From assembly GCA_965223665.1 (NCBI GenBank), contig OZ245011.1, positions 480,001-544,000 on the forward strand: a stretch of DNA of 64,000 bases, written 5' to 3'. The position numbers and the translations under genes are program-made. The notes below the pieces were generated by a model, which saw nothing but the letters and a program-made list of their open reading frames with translations, was not told the DNA's origin and searched no databases. Of the stretch, positions 31,590 to 40,877 are shown in pieces (the stretch's first letter is position 1; every line of letters begins with the position of its first letter). This DNA is from Nitrospinaceae bacterium (GTDB lineage Bacteria; Nitrospinota; Nitrospinia; Nitrospinales; Nitrospinaceae).

Positions 31590-31609
31590 GAATTAAGGAT
31601 TAAAAGAAT

Positions 31610-32725
31610 CTATAGCAGGGGTTCTAAAAATAATCCTTCGTTTTTCCACTTGGCTATATCCTCCTTTGTTGGAATGGGAGGAATCGGTTTTTTGGTTTTT
31701 CTTTTACCCAGGGGATCGTGAAACGTTCGCGCATAAGCTTCGGCTTTCCACAAATAAAGGTGCGGAAACATTGTTCCCCATGGACCCATTGCCGTTCCAT
31801 CAATTCCTCTGGTGACTCGGCGATAGTATAACTCATCGGGCCAGTCCTTAAGCACTTTGTCCATGTGGTCAGGCATTTTATCTGTATCTGGTCCATTCGG
31901 ATCCCTGAAATCAAATGCGCCTGTCATCATAGGAATTCCGTTAGCCCCATGACAAACTGCACAATTGAGTCCTTCAGTCGCGGGTTCCTTGCCTTCAAAA
32001 ACAATTTTACCTTCCATGATTATTTGAGGATCATCCCACCAAGTCCACTGATTTCCCAGTTTTCCTTCTACAGGTATGTGTGTTGGGTCTCGAAGAGATT
32101 TTAAATAGGCTATCAGTGCTGTCATCTCGTTTTCTTCTATTTCCTCTTCATAATAAGTAGGCATGGCTTTTTTAGATTTAGGATCCTCAAACCCGGGCGA
32201 TTGTTTTTTTCTAGGGTCAATAATTTGTTCTTTAATGTAGTTTTCAGGATAAAGGCCGATTTGTTTAGTTCCCAGGTTTGGACCTCTATCCGAATTTCCC
32301 TCCCAAAACACTTTGTGACAATTAAAGCACTTATTGGATTGGAAAACATTGCGGCCCTCTTTAATTAATTCAGGGGCGGGTATATTTATAATGTTTATTG
32401 GGGGTTTATCAATAACTCTTAATTCGTATTTAGGATCAAATTGAGGCAGTTGAGAAGTTACAGTGATAAATAGAATGGAGGGAAGTGCATAAGTTCCAAG
32501 TAATCTAATTGTGGAATGTCGTGTGCCTTGTTCAGGTTTTAATGGAGGTAAATCCATTAGAACAAAAATTAAAAACCCAATAAATGCAAAGGAGACAAAT
32601 TCGATTTTCCACCAAACAGGGAATCCAACATATCCTGCCAAGTACCAAATTGAAATTGCGAGAAAAAGAAATACCGGTAGTTTGAATTTAATGTTATCCC
32701 AAAATATATTTAATTTGGTTCGCAT
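31610..32725 (-). CDS. Membrane-bound diheme cytochrome c, paralog 2
   Basis: Three N-terminal TM helices, CFNCH...AMP, CAVCH...AMGPW. ATG 32725 follows AAGGGAG. Confidence 0.9.
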   Translation of the reverse strand: MRTKLNIFWDNIKFKLPVFLFLAISIWYLAGYVGFPVWWKIEFVSFAFIGFLIFVLMDLPPLKPEQGTRHSTIRLLGTYALPSILFITVTSQLPQFDPKYELRVIDKPPINIINIPAPELIKEGRNVFQSNKCFNCHKVFWEGNSDRGPNLGTKQIGLYPENYIKEQIIDPRKKQSPGFEDPKSKKAMPTYYEEEIEENEMTALIAYLKSLRDPTHIPVEGKLGNQWTWWDDPQIIMEGKIVFEGKEPATEGLNCAVCHGANGIPMMTGAFDFRDPNGPDTDKMPDHMDKVLKDWPDELYYRRVTRGIDGTAMGPWGTMFPHLYLWKAEAYARTFHDPLGKRKTKKPIPPIPTKEDIAKWKNEGLFLEPLL

Positions 32726-32828
32726 AATTTTATCTCCCTTGGATTTGGATTCAATTTCCAATAAGAAAAATTATCTTAATTATTCCAATAAAATAAAATT
32801 ATGACCCCAAACTTGAATAAAATGCAAT

Positions 32829-32861
32829 AAAAAAGCCCAAACCAATTGAGATGGTTTGGGC
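32829..32861 (-). terminator. Intrinsic terminator between the two diheme cytochrome paralogs
   Basis: GCCCAAACCA/TGGTTTGGGC stem next to an A-run (U-tract on the minus strand). Confidence 0.75.
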
Positions 32862-32890
32862 AAATATATGAAATTTAAAGTTTTAAAAAA

Positions 32891-34012
32891 TTACAATAAC
32901 GGGTCTAAAAATAATCCATCCGTTTTCCAACGTGCAATTTCTTCCTTAGTTGGGATTGGTGGAACTGGTCTTTTTTCAGCTCTCTTATCTAAAGGATCAT
33001 GAAAGGTTCGAGCATATGCCTCTGCTTTCCACAAATATAGATGCGGAAATATGGTTCCCCAGGGAGCCATCGGCGTATTGTCAATCCCTCTAGTTACACG
33101 TTTATAATATAATTCATCAGGCCAGTCTTTTAGCACTTTGTCGACATGGTCTGGCATTTTATCTGTATCTGGGCCGTTCGGATTTCTAAAGTCAAAGGCT
33201 CCGGTCATCATTGGAATACCATCCGCACCATGACAAACGGCACAATTAAGACCTTCCGTTGCAGGTTCTTTACCTTCAAATACAACCTTACCTTCTTCTA
33301 CTATTTGTGGATCATCCCACCACGTCCATTGGTTGCCAAATTTTCCTTCAACAGGAATATGAGTAGGATCCCGCATGGTTTTTAAATAAGCGATTAAGGC
33401 TGTCATTTCATCTTCACCTAAATCTTCTCCGTAATAAGTAGGCATAGCTTTTTTAGATTTTGGATCGTCAAACCCAGGAGATTGTTTCTTTCTGGGTTCA
33501 ATAATTTGTTCTTTGATGTAATCCTCTGGGTAAAGACCAATTTGTTTAGTTCCTAAATTTGGTCCACGATCCGAGTTACCTTCCCAAAAAACCTTGTGAC
33601 AGTTGAAGCATTTATTTGATTCAAAAATTTCTCTACCCGCGGCTATTACTTCGGGGCCGGCCAAACCCGTAAGTTTAACAGGGGGCTTTTCAAGTTTTGC
33701 CACTTCAACCTGAGGATCGAATTGAGGAAGCTGTGCTGTAACTGTAATAAATAAAGCGGAGGGAAGTAAATAGGCTCCTAAAAGTCGAAAAGTTGTTTGT
33801 CGAAAACTTTTCTCCGGATCCATTTTAGGCAAATCTAAAATGATAAAGAATATCAATCCAACAAATGCAAATGTAACAAATTCAATTTGCCACCAAATGG
33901 GAAAACCAAAATGTCCCGCAACAAACCAAATTATGGTTGCAAGAACAATAAACATTGGAATTTTAAATCGAATATTTTGCCAGAAAGTTTTTTCTTTCTT
34001 AACCATTCTCAT
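32891..34012 (-). CDS. Membrane-bound diheme cytochrome c, paralog 1
   Basis: Three TM helices, CFNCH...AMP, CAVCH...PMAPW. Starts 17 nt after the bd-like gene. Confidence 0.9.
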   Translation of the reverse strand: MRMVKKEKTFWQNIRFKIPMFIVLATIIWFVAGHFGFPIWWQIEFVTFAFVGLIFFIILDLPKMDPEKSFRQTTFRLLGAYLLPSALFITVTAQLPQFDPQVEVAKLEKPPVKLTGLAGPEVIAAGREIFESNKCFNCHKVFWEGNSDRGPNLGTKQIGLYPEDYIKEQIIEPRKKQSPGFDDPKSKKAMPTYYGEDLGEDEMTALIAYLKTMRDPTHIPVEGKFGNQWTWWDDPQIVEEGKVVFEGKEPATEGLNCAVCHGADGIPMMTGAFDFRNPNGPDTDKMPDHVDKVLKDWPDELYYKRVTRGIDNTPMAPWGTIFPHLYLWKAEAYARTFHDPLDKRAEKRPVPPIPTKEEIARWKTDGLFLDPLL

Positions 34013-34029
34013 CAGTCTCCGTCAAACAA

Positions 34030-36183
34030 TTATTCTGCCATTTGAGGTGCGGCTTGTGCTGCCGCTTCCTCTTTCACTTTCTTTGATTTTGGATACTTAA
34101 TACCCAGCCAAATAATGGCAGTCATGATAATGAAAAAAGTCCAAACAATGGTGGTCACAAAAAAGCCAGATTCTGCAAGCGAAGGCGTATATTTATCAAC
34201 CGTAACATCTTTAAAGACTTTATAGATGTGCCAATTCATCCTTGAAAGTTCACGGATAGTACCCATCCAACTCATGAGCCAAATATCACTGAATCCCATA
34301 AAAATCAGGGTATATAGGGCCAGTGGATTAACTTTACCCCATTGGATTTTTCCGGTTTTAGTGGCGATAGTATAGAAAATATAGTTAATCAGCGTTACAG
34401 TAACCAAAGTAAACGCAGCTGTATTTTTTGAAATCATTAATGCCAGGAATGCAAGATTGTCAGGAAGTACCATATCCGGATTCATACCCGGTTCCGGGAG
34501 CATTGTTGCGAAGAATCGGCGCGGTGTAAACCATATGGTTGCAGCTAAAATAATTAAACAGAAACCAATTTTCATAAATGGAAAGAACCTTTGCGCATTT
34601 TCAATTCGCTGCATACTGATCCACATATATAGATTACTAGCACTGAACATGGTTCCTACTAATAAACCTTGAACCAGCATAAACATGGATTCGCGATCGG
34701 ACATGATATACATTCCGATGGTGGCATCGTACTGATAAATTTCACGGACAAAGATGTATCCCATGGCTGGAAGAGGAATCATAATCATAACCCCAATGGC
34801 GTTACCCATATAACCCATCCAGTCGTAGTATTCTTTTTCTTTCGGGTCTTTGGACCATAAATACATATAAGCGGCAATAATACCCACCATAAAACCACCA
34901 AAAGTTCCATTTCCAACCAGCCGGTGATAGTTAAGGGGCATCCAGGTCATGGTTGCGATACGATCCCATTCAGTCATAGTGGTGAAGAGATCTGCATAGG
35001 GTTTTGGAGGTGTCTGCATCAAAGTTGCAGGCCCATCTAATGCACACAATAGAGATAGTCCCAATATATTAAGTATGACACCGGTAACAATATGTCTTCC
35101 TTTTTTATTTGACTTATTTAGCGGATCCCAGGAGTACACGTAAATGTACATGACAATAGTTTCTAAGATAAAGAGGGTGGGGTAGCCAATGACAAATAAG
35201 ATGGGGTAGGCATTCACCAGGTAGCTAATAAAATCTTTATAAGCAACCATCATAATGAATAAAAACAAACCACCTGTTAAAGCGGTAAAACTGTAACAAA
35301 TACCAATAACCTTTGTGATTTCATGAGCTAAACGTTCAAATTTGAAATCTGCTTTAGCAAACATAATACTGGTGGAAAGTAAACCACCTACGGCACCATT
35401 AAGAAAAGCTAATATCAAAGCAGAGATTTCCAAATGCTCAACAGGAGTAACTGCATAAGCAAAAGCAGTTCCGACCACTCCGGCAATTAGCGCGGAAACT
35501 TTTACATTCATTACCTGATGGAAATAGTTAAGAAAACTAACTACCAAAGCCCCAAAAGCACAGGCCCACATTCCATATAAAACCCCAAGGTGAATACCCA
35601 CAATAATTTCACCAATGATTCCAAAGGTTACTCCTATCAGTACCCCGAGAAATACATTTGAAAGTATGATGGCTTTTCTAACCCCTTGCGTACGACGAGC
35701 ACCCATAACTTCCATAATGACGACGAACATTGGGCATCCTAGAATAAAGGAAGCAAATAGGATATGCATTTGAGCGGCAAACCAGGTTGCCTTTCGATTT
35801 CCAATGCCAGGGAAAGTAAATGGTTCGTTTTTGACTTCTTTGGCGAGGCCAATATCGGTTAAATAGGATTTATCTTCTTCTTCAGCTTCGCCTTCACCTT
35901 CGGCTCCTTCTTCGCCTTCTTCACTATCTTCTTCAGCAGACTCATCTCCTTCAAACTCTTCGCCCTCTTCATCTTCCTCGTCTTCTTCCTCTTCTTCCTC
36001 CTCCTCTTCTTCGTCTTCATCTTGGGCAAAAGCACTTTCTGGCCCACTCCATTGTAAAAAGGAAACGGATGAGTTTAGTGTGAAGGAGGGACTGAGGTGG
36101 ACCAGTCCATAAAAGAAGACAAAAATCAAAACCAGCTTAAAAATGAAGGAACTATTTCGTGGAGCCGGGGTGATACTGCCCAT
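34030..36183 (-). CDS. Cytochrome bd-like oxidase subunit I homologue (no Q-loop)
   Basis: AQMHILFA (CydA His19-like), FILET, LMQTP, NYHRL (His186-like), IRELSRMNW (GRQPW-like). Many TM helices. Confidence 0.8.
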   Translation of the reverse strand: MGSITPAPRNSSFIFKLVLIFVFFYGLVHLSPSFTLNSSVSFLQWSGPESAFAQDEDEEEEEEEEEEDEEDEEGEEFEGDESAEEDSEEGEEGAEGEGEAEEEDKSYLTDIGLAKEVKNEPFTFPGIGNRKATWFAAQMHILFASFILGCPMFVVIMEVMGARRTQGVRKAIILSNVFLGVLIGVTFGIIGEIIVGIHLGVLYGMWACAFGALVVSFLNYFHQVMNVKVSALIAGVVGTAFAYAVTPVEHLEISALILAFLNGAVGGLLSTSIMFAKADFKFERLAHEITKVIGICYSFTALTGGLFLFIMMVAYKDFISYLVNAYPILFVIGYPTLFILETIVMYIYVYSWDPLNKSNKKGRHIVTGVILNILGLSLLCALDGPATLMQTPPKPYADLFTTMTEWDRIATMTWMPLNYHRLVGNGTFGGFMVGIIAAYMYLWSKDPKEKEYYDWMGYMGNAIGVMIMIPLPAMGYIFVREIYQYDATIGMYIMSDRESMFMLVQGLLVGTMFSASNLYMWISMQRIENAQRFFPFMKIGFCLIILAATIWFTPRRFFATMLPEPGMNPDMVLPDNLAFLALMISKNTAAFTLVTVTLINYIFYTIATKTGKIQWGKVNPLALYTLIFMGFSDIWLMSWMGTIRELSRMNWHIYKVFKDVTVDKYTPSLAESGFFVTTIVWTFFIIMTAIIWLGIKYPKSKKVKEEAAAQAAPQMAE
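35872..36021 (-). repeat. Low-complexity acidic tract in the bd-like protein
   Basis: 38 of 50 residues are D/E, encoded by mixed GAA/GAG/GAC/GAT codons. Confidence 0.9.
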
Positions 36184-36303
36184 TGTGAATATCCTATCTT
36201 TGTTTAGATGAAATAAATAAAATTTCAGGAATCGACATCGGTAAATTTATTAAGCCCTCACAAAACAGAGAGATTGATAAAATTACAAATGAAAAGGTAG
36301 AGA

Positions 36304-36331
36304 ATTATCATATCGGCTCATGAAAAGTCAA
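36304..36331 (-). promoter_or_regulatory. Putative sigma70 promoter of the bd-like operon
   Basis: TTGACT-16 nt-GATAAT on the minus strand. Confidence 0.4.
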
Positions 36332-36495
36332 GAAAATTAAAGGATTGGAGGCAACCTGTTGAAAATAATATGGCTAACTGAAATCAATATAAAAGGTACT
36401 TAGCTATTGAAAAAAAGTAAGGGAATTCTATCCATAATTTTTATGGTTAATGAAAAGTTTTCAACTGATTTTAGAATAAATCGACTATTTATTTG

Positions 36496-37536
36496 TTACT
36501 GGGTCATAGCGACTAATTGACCGCAAGCCCCAAGAATATCTCCGCCTCGGTTTTTACGTATAAATGTAGTGTAGTTTTTGGAAATTAAGTAGTTTTGAAA
36601 ATTCAAAATGCGTGATTTTGGAGGGGCGCTGAAATCTGATTCTTTAAAACCATTGAAAGGAATCAGATTAATTTTGGAAGGGATTCCTCGCAGAAGTTTG
36701 GCCATGCGAACCGCATCTTCATGAGAGTCATTGATTCCGTTTAATAATACATATTCAAAAGTTATTCTACGCGTTGGTTTTAATGGGTAATTACGTAAAC
36801 AATCTAATAATACAGCGATCGGAAATTTCTTATTTATTGGCATTATTTGGTTTCTTGTTTGATCATTTGTTGCATTTAAGGAAATAGCTAAATTTACCGG
36901 AAGGTTTTCATTTTGAAACATTTGGATTTTGTCCACTAAACCTGAGGTGGAAAGTGTAATTTTTCTTGGGGAAATTCTCATAACTTCAGGAGAAATCATT
37001 AATCTCAATGCATCACAAAGAGCCTCATAATTGTCTAGTGGTTCCCCCATTCCCATTATTACAATGTTAGTGACCTTATCATTCTCAGCCAGGCCGTCGT
37101 TTATTGTTAAAATTTGACCTATTATTTCCGCAGAGGTTAATTGTCTTTTTAAACCGAGTGTCCCTGTATAACAGAAGGTGCAACCCAATCTGCAACCTAC
37201 CTGAGTTGAAATACATAGGGTTTTTCGGTCTTCCTCGGGCATCCAAACACTTTCAATGGTTTCTCCATCCCCTAATTCCAATAGATACTTAATAGTCCCA
37301 TCTTTAGATAAAGTTTTTTCTGCCACCTTGGGAAGTTCAATTGAAAAATAATCATCAAGCTTTTTCCTAAGGTTTTTGGAAATATTCGTCATTTCAGCCA
37401 TTTGATTTACCCGGTGATTGTAAATCCAATTTAGTACTTGAAAAGCCCTGAATGGTTTTTCTTCCCAATTTTTAATCAATTGAATTAGGCGGTCTTGCGG
37501 AAAACCGATTAAATTTACCTTTGCAATCTGTTCCAT
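36496..37536 (-). CDS. rlmN: 23S rRNA (A2503-C2)/tRNA methyltransferase, radical SAM
   Basis: CISTQVGCRLGCTFC, MGMGEPL, NLIPFN, GACGQL. Confidence 0.96.
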   Translation of the reverse strand: MEQIAKVNLIGFPQDRLIQLIKNWEEKPFRAFQVLNWIYNHRVNQMAEMTNISKNLRKKLDDYFSIELPKVAEKTLSKDGTIKYLLELGDGETIESVWMPEEDRKTLCISTQVGCRLGCTFCYTGTLGLKRQLTSAEIIGQILTINDGLAENDKVTNIVIMGMGEPLDNYEALCDALRLMISPEVMRISPRKITLSTSGLVDKIQMFQNENLPVNLAISLNATNDQTRNQIMPINKKFPIAVLLDCLRNYPLKPTRRITFEYVLLNGINDSHEDAVRMAKLLRGIPSKINLIPFNGFKESDFSAPPKSRILNFQNYLISKNYTTFIRKNRGGDILGACGQLVAMTQ

Positions 37537-37669
37537 ATTACGAGTATTATTTCGCTGAAAGGCCTTAAGGATAAGGCTATTTTAATAATTTTGGGATCCA
37601 CTCTGCCTTTTAAGCAATGGGTTCCCCTATATTGCGTTCCCCTTATCGCAAAGTCAACCCTGGGAGGGA

Positions 37670-38302
37670 TTGAAAATGGCCAAGGGATTAGGCCTCAAAG
37701 AATGTCATAGAATTTTAGACGTTCCTGAAGGGGCAAGTTTAAAAGAAATTCGTAAGTCTTTCCTAAAGTTGGCAAAGGTATACCACCCTGACCGAAATCC
37801 CAATAGTCCCGATAGTGAAGAGCGATTTAAACTTATGGCTTCCGCCTTTGAGTTTCTAGAGAAGTACTATCAGAAACATATGCCTATCACCGTATCAACG
37901 CCTGATTTTACTTTTGATCCTGAATTTGACTTTAGGAAATATCGGGCCAATGATTATTCACAAGATAGCGATGATTCTTTTGATACTTCAGTTGAATTTC
38001 CAAATATTTTTGCCCGTCTTAGGAAAACTTTTCTTGGTGTTTTGAGACTTTTGGAACGAAAAATCCTGGTGATGGACTTAGACATAACAATTATAATTAG
38101 CAAATCGACAGCTGAAAAGGGAGGGGTGATTCGAATAAAAACAGGGAACAAGCCAATACGAATCAAAATCCCTAAAAATGCTCAAGAAGGTGTGGTTCTT
38201 AAAGTTCCGGAAAGAGGGGAAAGGGGTTTTTTTAGCCGCAAACGCGGAGATTTATTTTTAAAAGTTCGAATGGCCCCAGAAAATGTTTGGCCGTTTAAAT
38301 AA
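37670..38302 (+). CDS. J-domain co-chaperone with truncated DnaJ C-terminal domain
   Basis: ILDV..ASLKEIRKSFLKLAKVYHPD. C-terminal IKIP...GERG...GDLFL. Confidence 0.85.
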   Translation: MKMAKGLGLKECHRILDVPEGASLKEIRKSFLKLAKVYHPDRNPNSPDSEERFKLMASAFEFLEKYYQKHMPITVSTPDFTFDPEFDFRKYRANDYSQDSDDSFDTSVEFPNIFARLRKTFLGVLRLLERKILVMDLDITIIISKSTAEKGGVIRIKTGNKPIRIKIPKNAQEGVVLKVPERGERGFFSRKRGDLFLKVRMAPENVWPFK

Positions 38303-38341
38303 AAGAGTATTCTTTTTTTAAATTAAGTCTTAAATAATCCT

Positions 38342-39157
38342 CTATTGATTTGGGGCAAAATAAATTTCATTTTTAGTCTCTGAATATTTTTGGTAAGTTT
38401 GGATTATAGTAGCTGTAATAAAAATACCCATAGCAATGGTACAAATTGCCACTCCAATCAACGCAATTCTTGATTCTCCCTCAGGTACTTTATAAAAATT
38501 TATAACACTCATTAATACGCAGATAACAGCAATCGCGGCCGAACCTGCCATTAAACCCTTTAATAGAGGTGTGAGTAGAACATCCTTATTGATATGGTTG
38601 AGTAGGGCTACAGTAAAACATAAAGGTAAAATAGCAATGAAGAATGGTCCTAATATAAGGCCCGCCTTTTGAGTTTTATATTGGTTATATATTCTTAACC
38701 CGTACCAGAGGAGTACAATAACTAAAACCCCTGACATAAAGTCTACAGTTTTCTTTTCGCGTTTTTTATTCCGTATATAATTTAAAGACCCTAATACGTA
38801 ACTGGATACTTCTTCTTCACCCATTTCATAAAAACCACCTTGCTCAGTATCAAAAGCAAATACCCTGGCAGTTACGGACTCCGCAGCAAGAGATATTGCT
38901 CGATAGGAATCTTTACCAGCCTTTTCAATTTCCAGGTATACAATTCCAGAGTGGTAATTTAATTCATACTTTTCAATCTCGATTAGGTTTTTTGCGTAAC
39001 GGCCTTTTTCTTGATGAAATTTTTCCTGAATATCCGCCAAGTCTAAAAGGGCTTGTCTGGCTTGTATATCTTGATCCGTTTCAAAAATTCGATTACAACC
39101 TGAAAGTAAAATCAAGATAGTAAAAAGTAGAACTAGATTTTTTAAAATAAGATTCAT
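38342..39157 (-). CDS. Lipoprotein with pilin-like domain and four C-terminal TM helices
   Basis: LLSGC lipobox. ARQALLDLADIQEKFHQEKGRYA resembles the type IV pilin alphaC region. Hydrophobic C-terminus. Confidence 0.6.
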   Translation of the reverse strand: MNLILKNLVLLFTILILLSGCNRIFETDQDIQARQALLDLADIQEKFHQEKGRYAKNLIEIEKYELNYHSGIVYLEIEKAGKDSYRAISLAAESVTARVFAFDTEQGGFYEMGEEEVSSYVLGSLNYIRNKKREKKTVDFMSGVLVIVLLWYGLRIYNQYKTQKAGLILGPFFIAILPLCFTVALLNHINKDVLLTPLLKGLMAGSAAIAVICVLMSVINFYKVPEGESRIALIGVAICTIAMGIFITATIIQTYQKYSETKNEIYFAPNQ

Positions 39158-39277
39158 TTAATTAATTTATCCCTTCACAACCAAAGGGGCAAGATATAAC
39201 ATAGGTAACCACATTCATCAACCACAAGCTATTTGGGGAACTAGTATAAGGTTAAGTTTGTATAAAAAATCGATATT

Positions 39278-39835
39278 ATGAATCAATCCGACTTCTGGAA
39301 ACAATTAAAGTTTGTCACCGGAAACCTAAATAAATTAAGAGAAGCTCAGGAAATATTAGGGCTCGATCTTGAAGTGGTTTCAATTGATAATTTGCAGGAG
39401 ATTCAAACTTATGATGTTGAGGAAATCGTGTTTCATAAAGCAAAATCAGCTTGGGAAAAATTAAAATGCCCTGTGTTAGTTGAGGACTCAGGGCTTATTT
39501 TTAAGGCTTGGAATGGATTGCCTGGAGCTCTAGTGAAGTGGTTTGAAAAAAGTGTTGGGTGCCAGGGTATGTTAAAAATGCTCCATTCTTTTGAAGATCG
39601 TAGTGCATTAGCACTTTGTTTAGTTGCCATTTACGATGGAAAAGATTTTAAAGTCGGTAAAGGAGAAGTTAACGGAAGTATTGCTCCTCAAATTAAAGGG
39701 ACTCAAGGCTTTGGTTGGGATGTGATTTTTATTCCAGAGGGATCTAAAAAAACTTATGCCGAAATGAATCCTGAAGAAAAAAATGCGATTTCCCATAGAC
39801 GCCGTGCATTCGAAAACTTAAAACTTTCAATTTAG
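39278..39835 (+). CDS. rdgB: Non-canonical purine NTP pyrophosphatase (Ham1/RdgB)
   Basis: FVTGNLNK, VEDSGL, GLPG, GFGWD, SHRRRA. Confidence 0.93.
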   Translation: MNQSDFWKQLKFVTGNLNKLREAQEILGLDLEVVSIDNLQEIQTYDVEEIVFHKAKSAWEKLKCPVLVEDSGLIFKAWNGLPGALVKWFEKSVGCQGMLKMLHSFEDRSALALCLVAIYDGKDFKVGKGEVNGSIAPQIKGTQGFGWDVIFIPEGSKKTYAEMNPEEKNAISHRRRAFENLKLSI

Positions 39836-40233
39836 ATTTGGGAAGAAAGGCGCTGGTGTAAAGCTTTAATATGGAGTGTATATTTTTCCAGGTTTTGATA
39901 AATCGAATCTCTGATATTGTTTAAAGTATTTCCATTGATTTTTTCATAATCCTGAAATAAGCTTTCCCAACTTTTAGTATTTTCCAACCATCCCATATTA
40001 TTGGCAAATTGATGACAATCTTGAGTGGTCACGCATTTAGCTTTTTGATCCTTTGCCCCCGCTCGAATGCATTTTAAAGCACTATCTACAGTAAATCCAA
40101 ATCGCTGTAAGGCTGCATTTCTATAATAATCTGATTTATCTTGTTTCTGAATCTCTTCTAAATGCTTAATATTCCATTCTAAGTGGGTAAGAAGAATATT
40201 TAAAGAAGGATTGCTTTTATCTTGAGAGTCCAT
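39832..40233 (-). CDS. Nucleotidyltransferase substrate-binding (HI0074/HEPN-like) protein, degenerate
   Basis: YRNAALQRFGFTVD..LK resembles RDxxIQRFEFT. No RxxxxH motif. Confidence 0.65.
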   Translation of the reverse strand: MDSQDKSNPSLNILLTHLEWNIKHLEEIQKQDKSDYYRNAALQRFGFTVDSALKCIRAGAKDQKAKCVTTQDCHQFANNMGWLENTKSWESLFQDYEKINGNTLNNIRDSIYQNLEKYTLHIKALHQRLSSQI

Positions 40234-40368
40234 ATCATAACCTAAAGTGGTTTAATGAAATTTGTAGTATTAAATTCTATTCTAGTCTCTCTTACTTTGG
40301 AAGAAGATTTTGAAAAGCTTTTTTCAAAGTGATATTCTTTCTCATTATTTATTTTCCTTAATTTTCAA

Positions 40369-40797
40369 ATGGATAACAATCGCTTTCAAGACAACGGAGA
40401 TGGTACCATCTCAGACATTAAAACCGGCCTAATGTGGGCTAAAACTGATTCCATGATTGATTTGAAAAAATGGGTAAACTATCAGGATGCGGTAGATTAT
40501 GTACGCGAAATGAGTTCAAATAAATTTGCCGGTTTTGATGATTGGCGTTTGCCTAATAAAGAGGAAATGGAGACTCTTTATGATACTTCGTTTTCCTTGA
40601 AAGATAAATTTGGCAAGACAATTCATATTAATGAAAAATTCGAGCCCGGTTGTGGGTTTTCTATGATTGCAAAAATGGTAGATGGAAGAATCCGAACTTT
40701 TGTATTTAATTTAAGGGATGGAACATTTGATCACCCGGATGGATTGTGGACTTTGGCAGAAGCAGCTCGGGCTGTCCGAACAGAATCCATTCAATAA
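40369..40797 (+). CDS. DUF1566 (Lcl C-terminal-like) domain protein
   Basis: RFQDNGDGTISDIKTGLMW, GFDDWRLPNKEEM, RAVR. Confidence 0.85.
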   Translation: MDNNRFQDNGDGTISDIKTGLMWAKTDSMIDLKKWVNYQDAVDYVREMSSNKFAGFDDWRLPNKEEMETLYDTSFSLKDKFGKTIHINEKFEPGCGFSMIAKMVDGRIRTFVFNLRDGTFDHPDGLWTLAEAARAVRTESIQ

Positions 40798-40877
40798 GAA
40801 GGTTTTGAATAAAGGATAAGTTTTAGAGTTCTTACCAATTTAAATTTTAAAAAGTTGTAAACTTAGGAGCCATCTTT

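Noticed and set aside
35859-36047. Highly basic 62-aa ORF
   Set aside because: Alternative-frame reading of the GAA/GAG acidic tract
40369-40797. Diversity-generating retroelement target (DUF1566 and FGE folds are common DGR targets)
   Set aside because: No reverse transcriptase and no TR/VR repeat pair seen in the window
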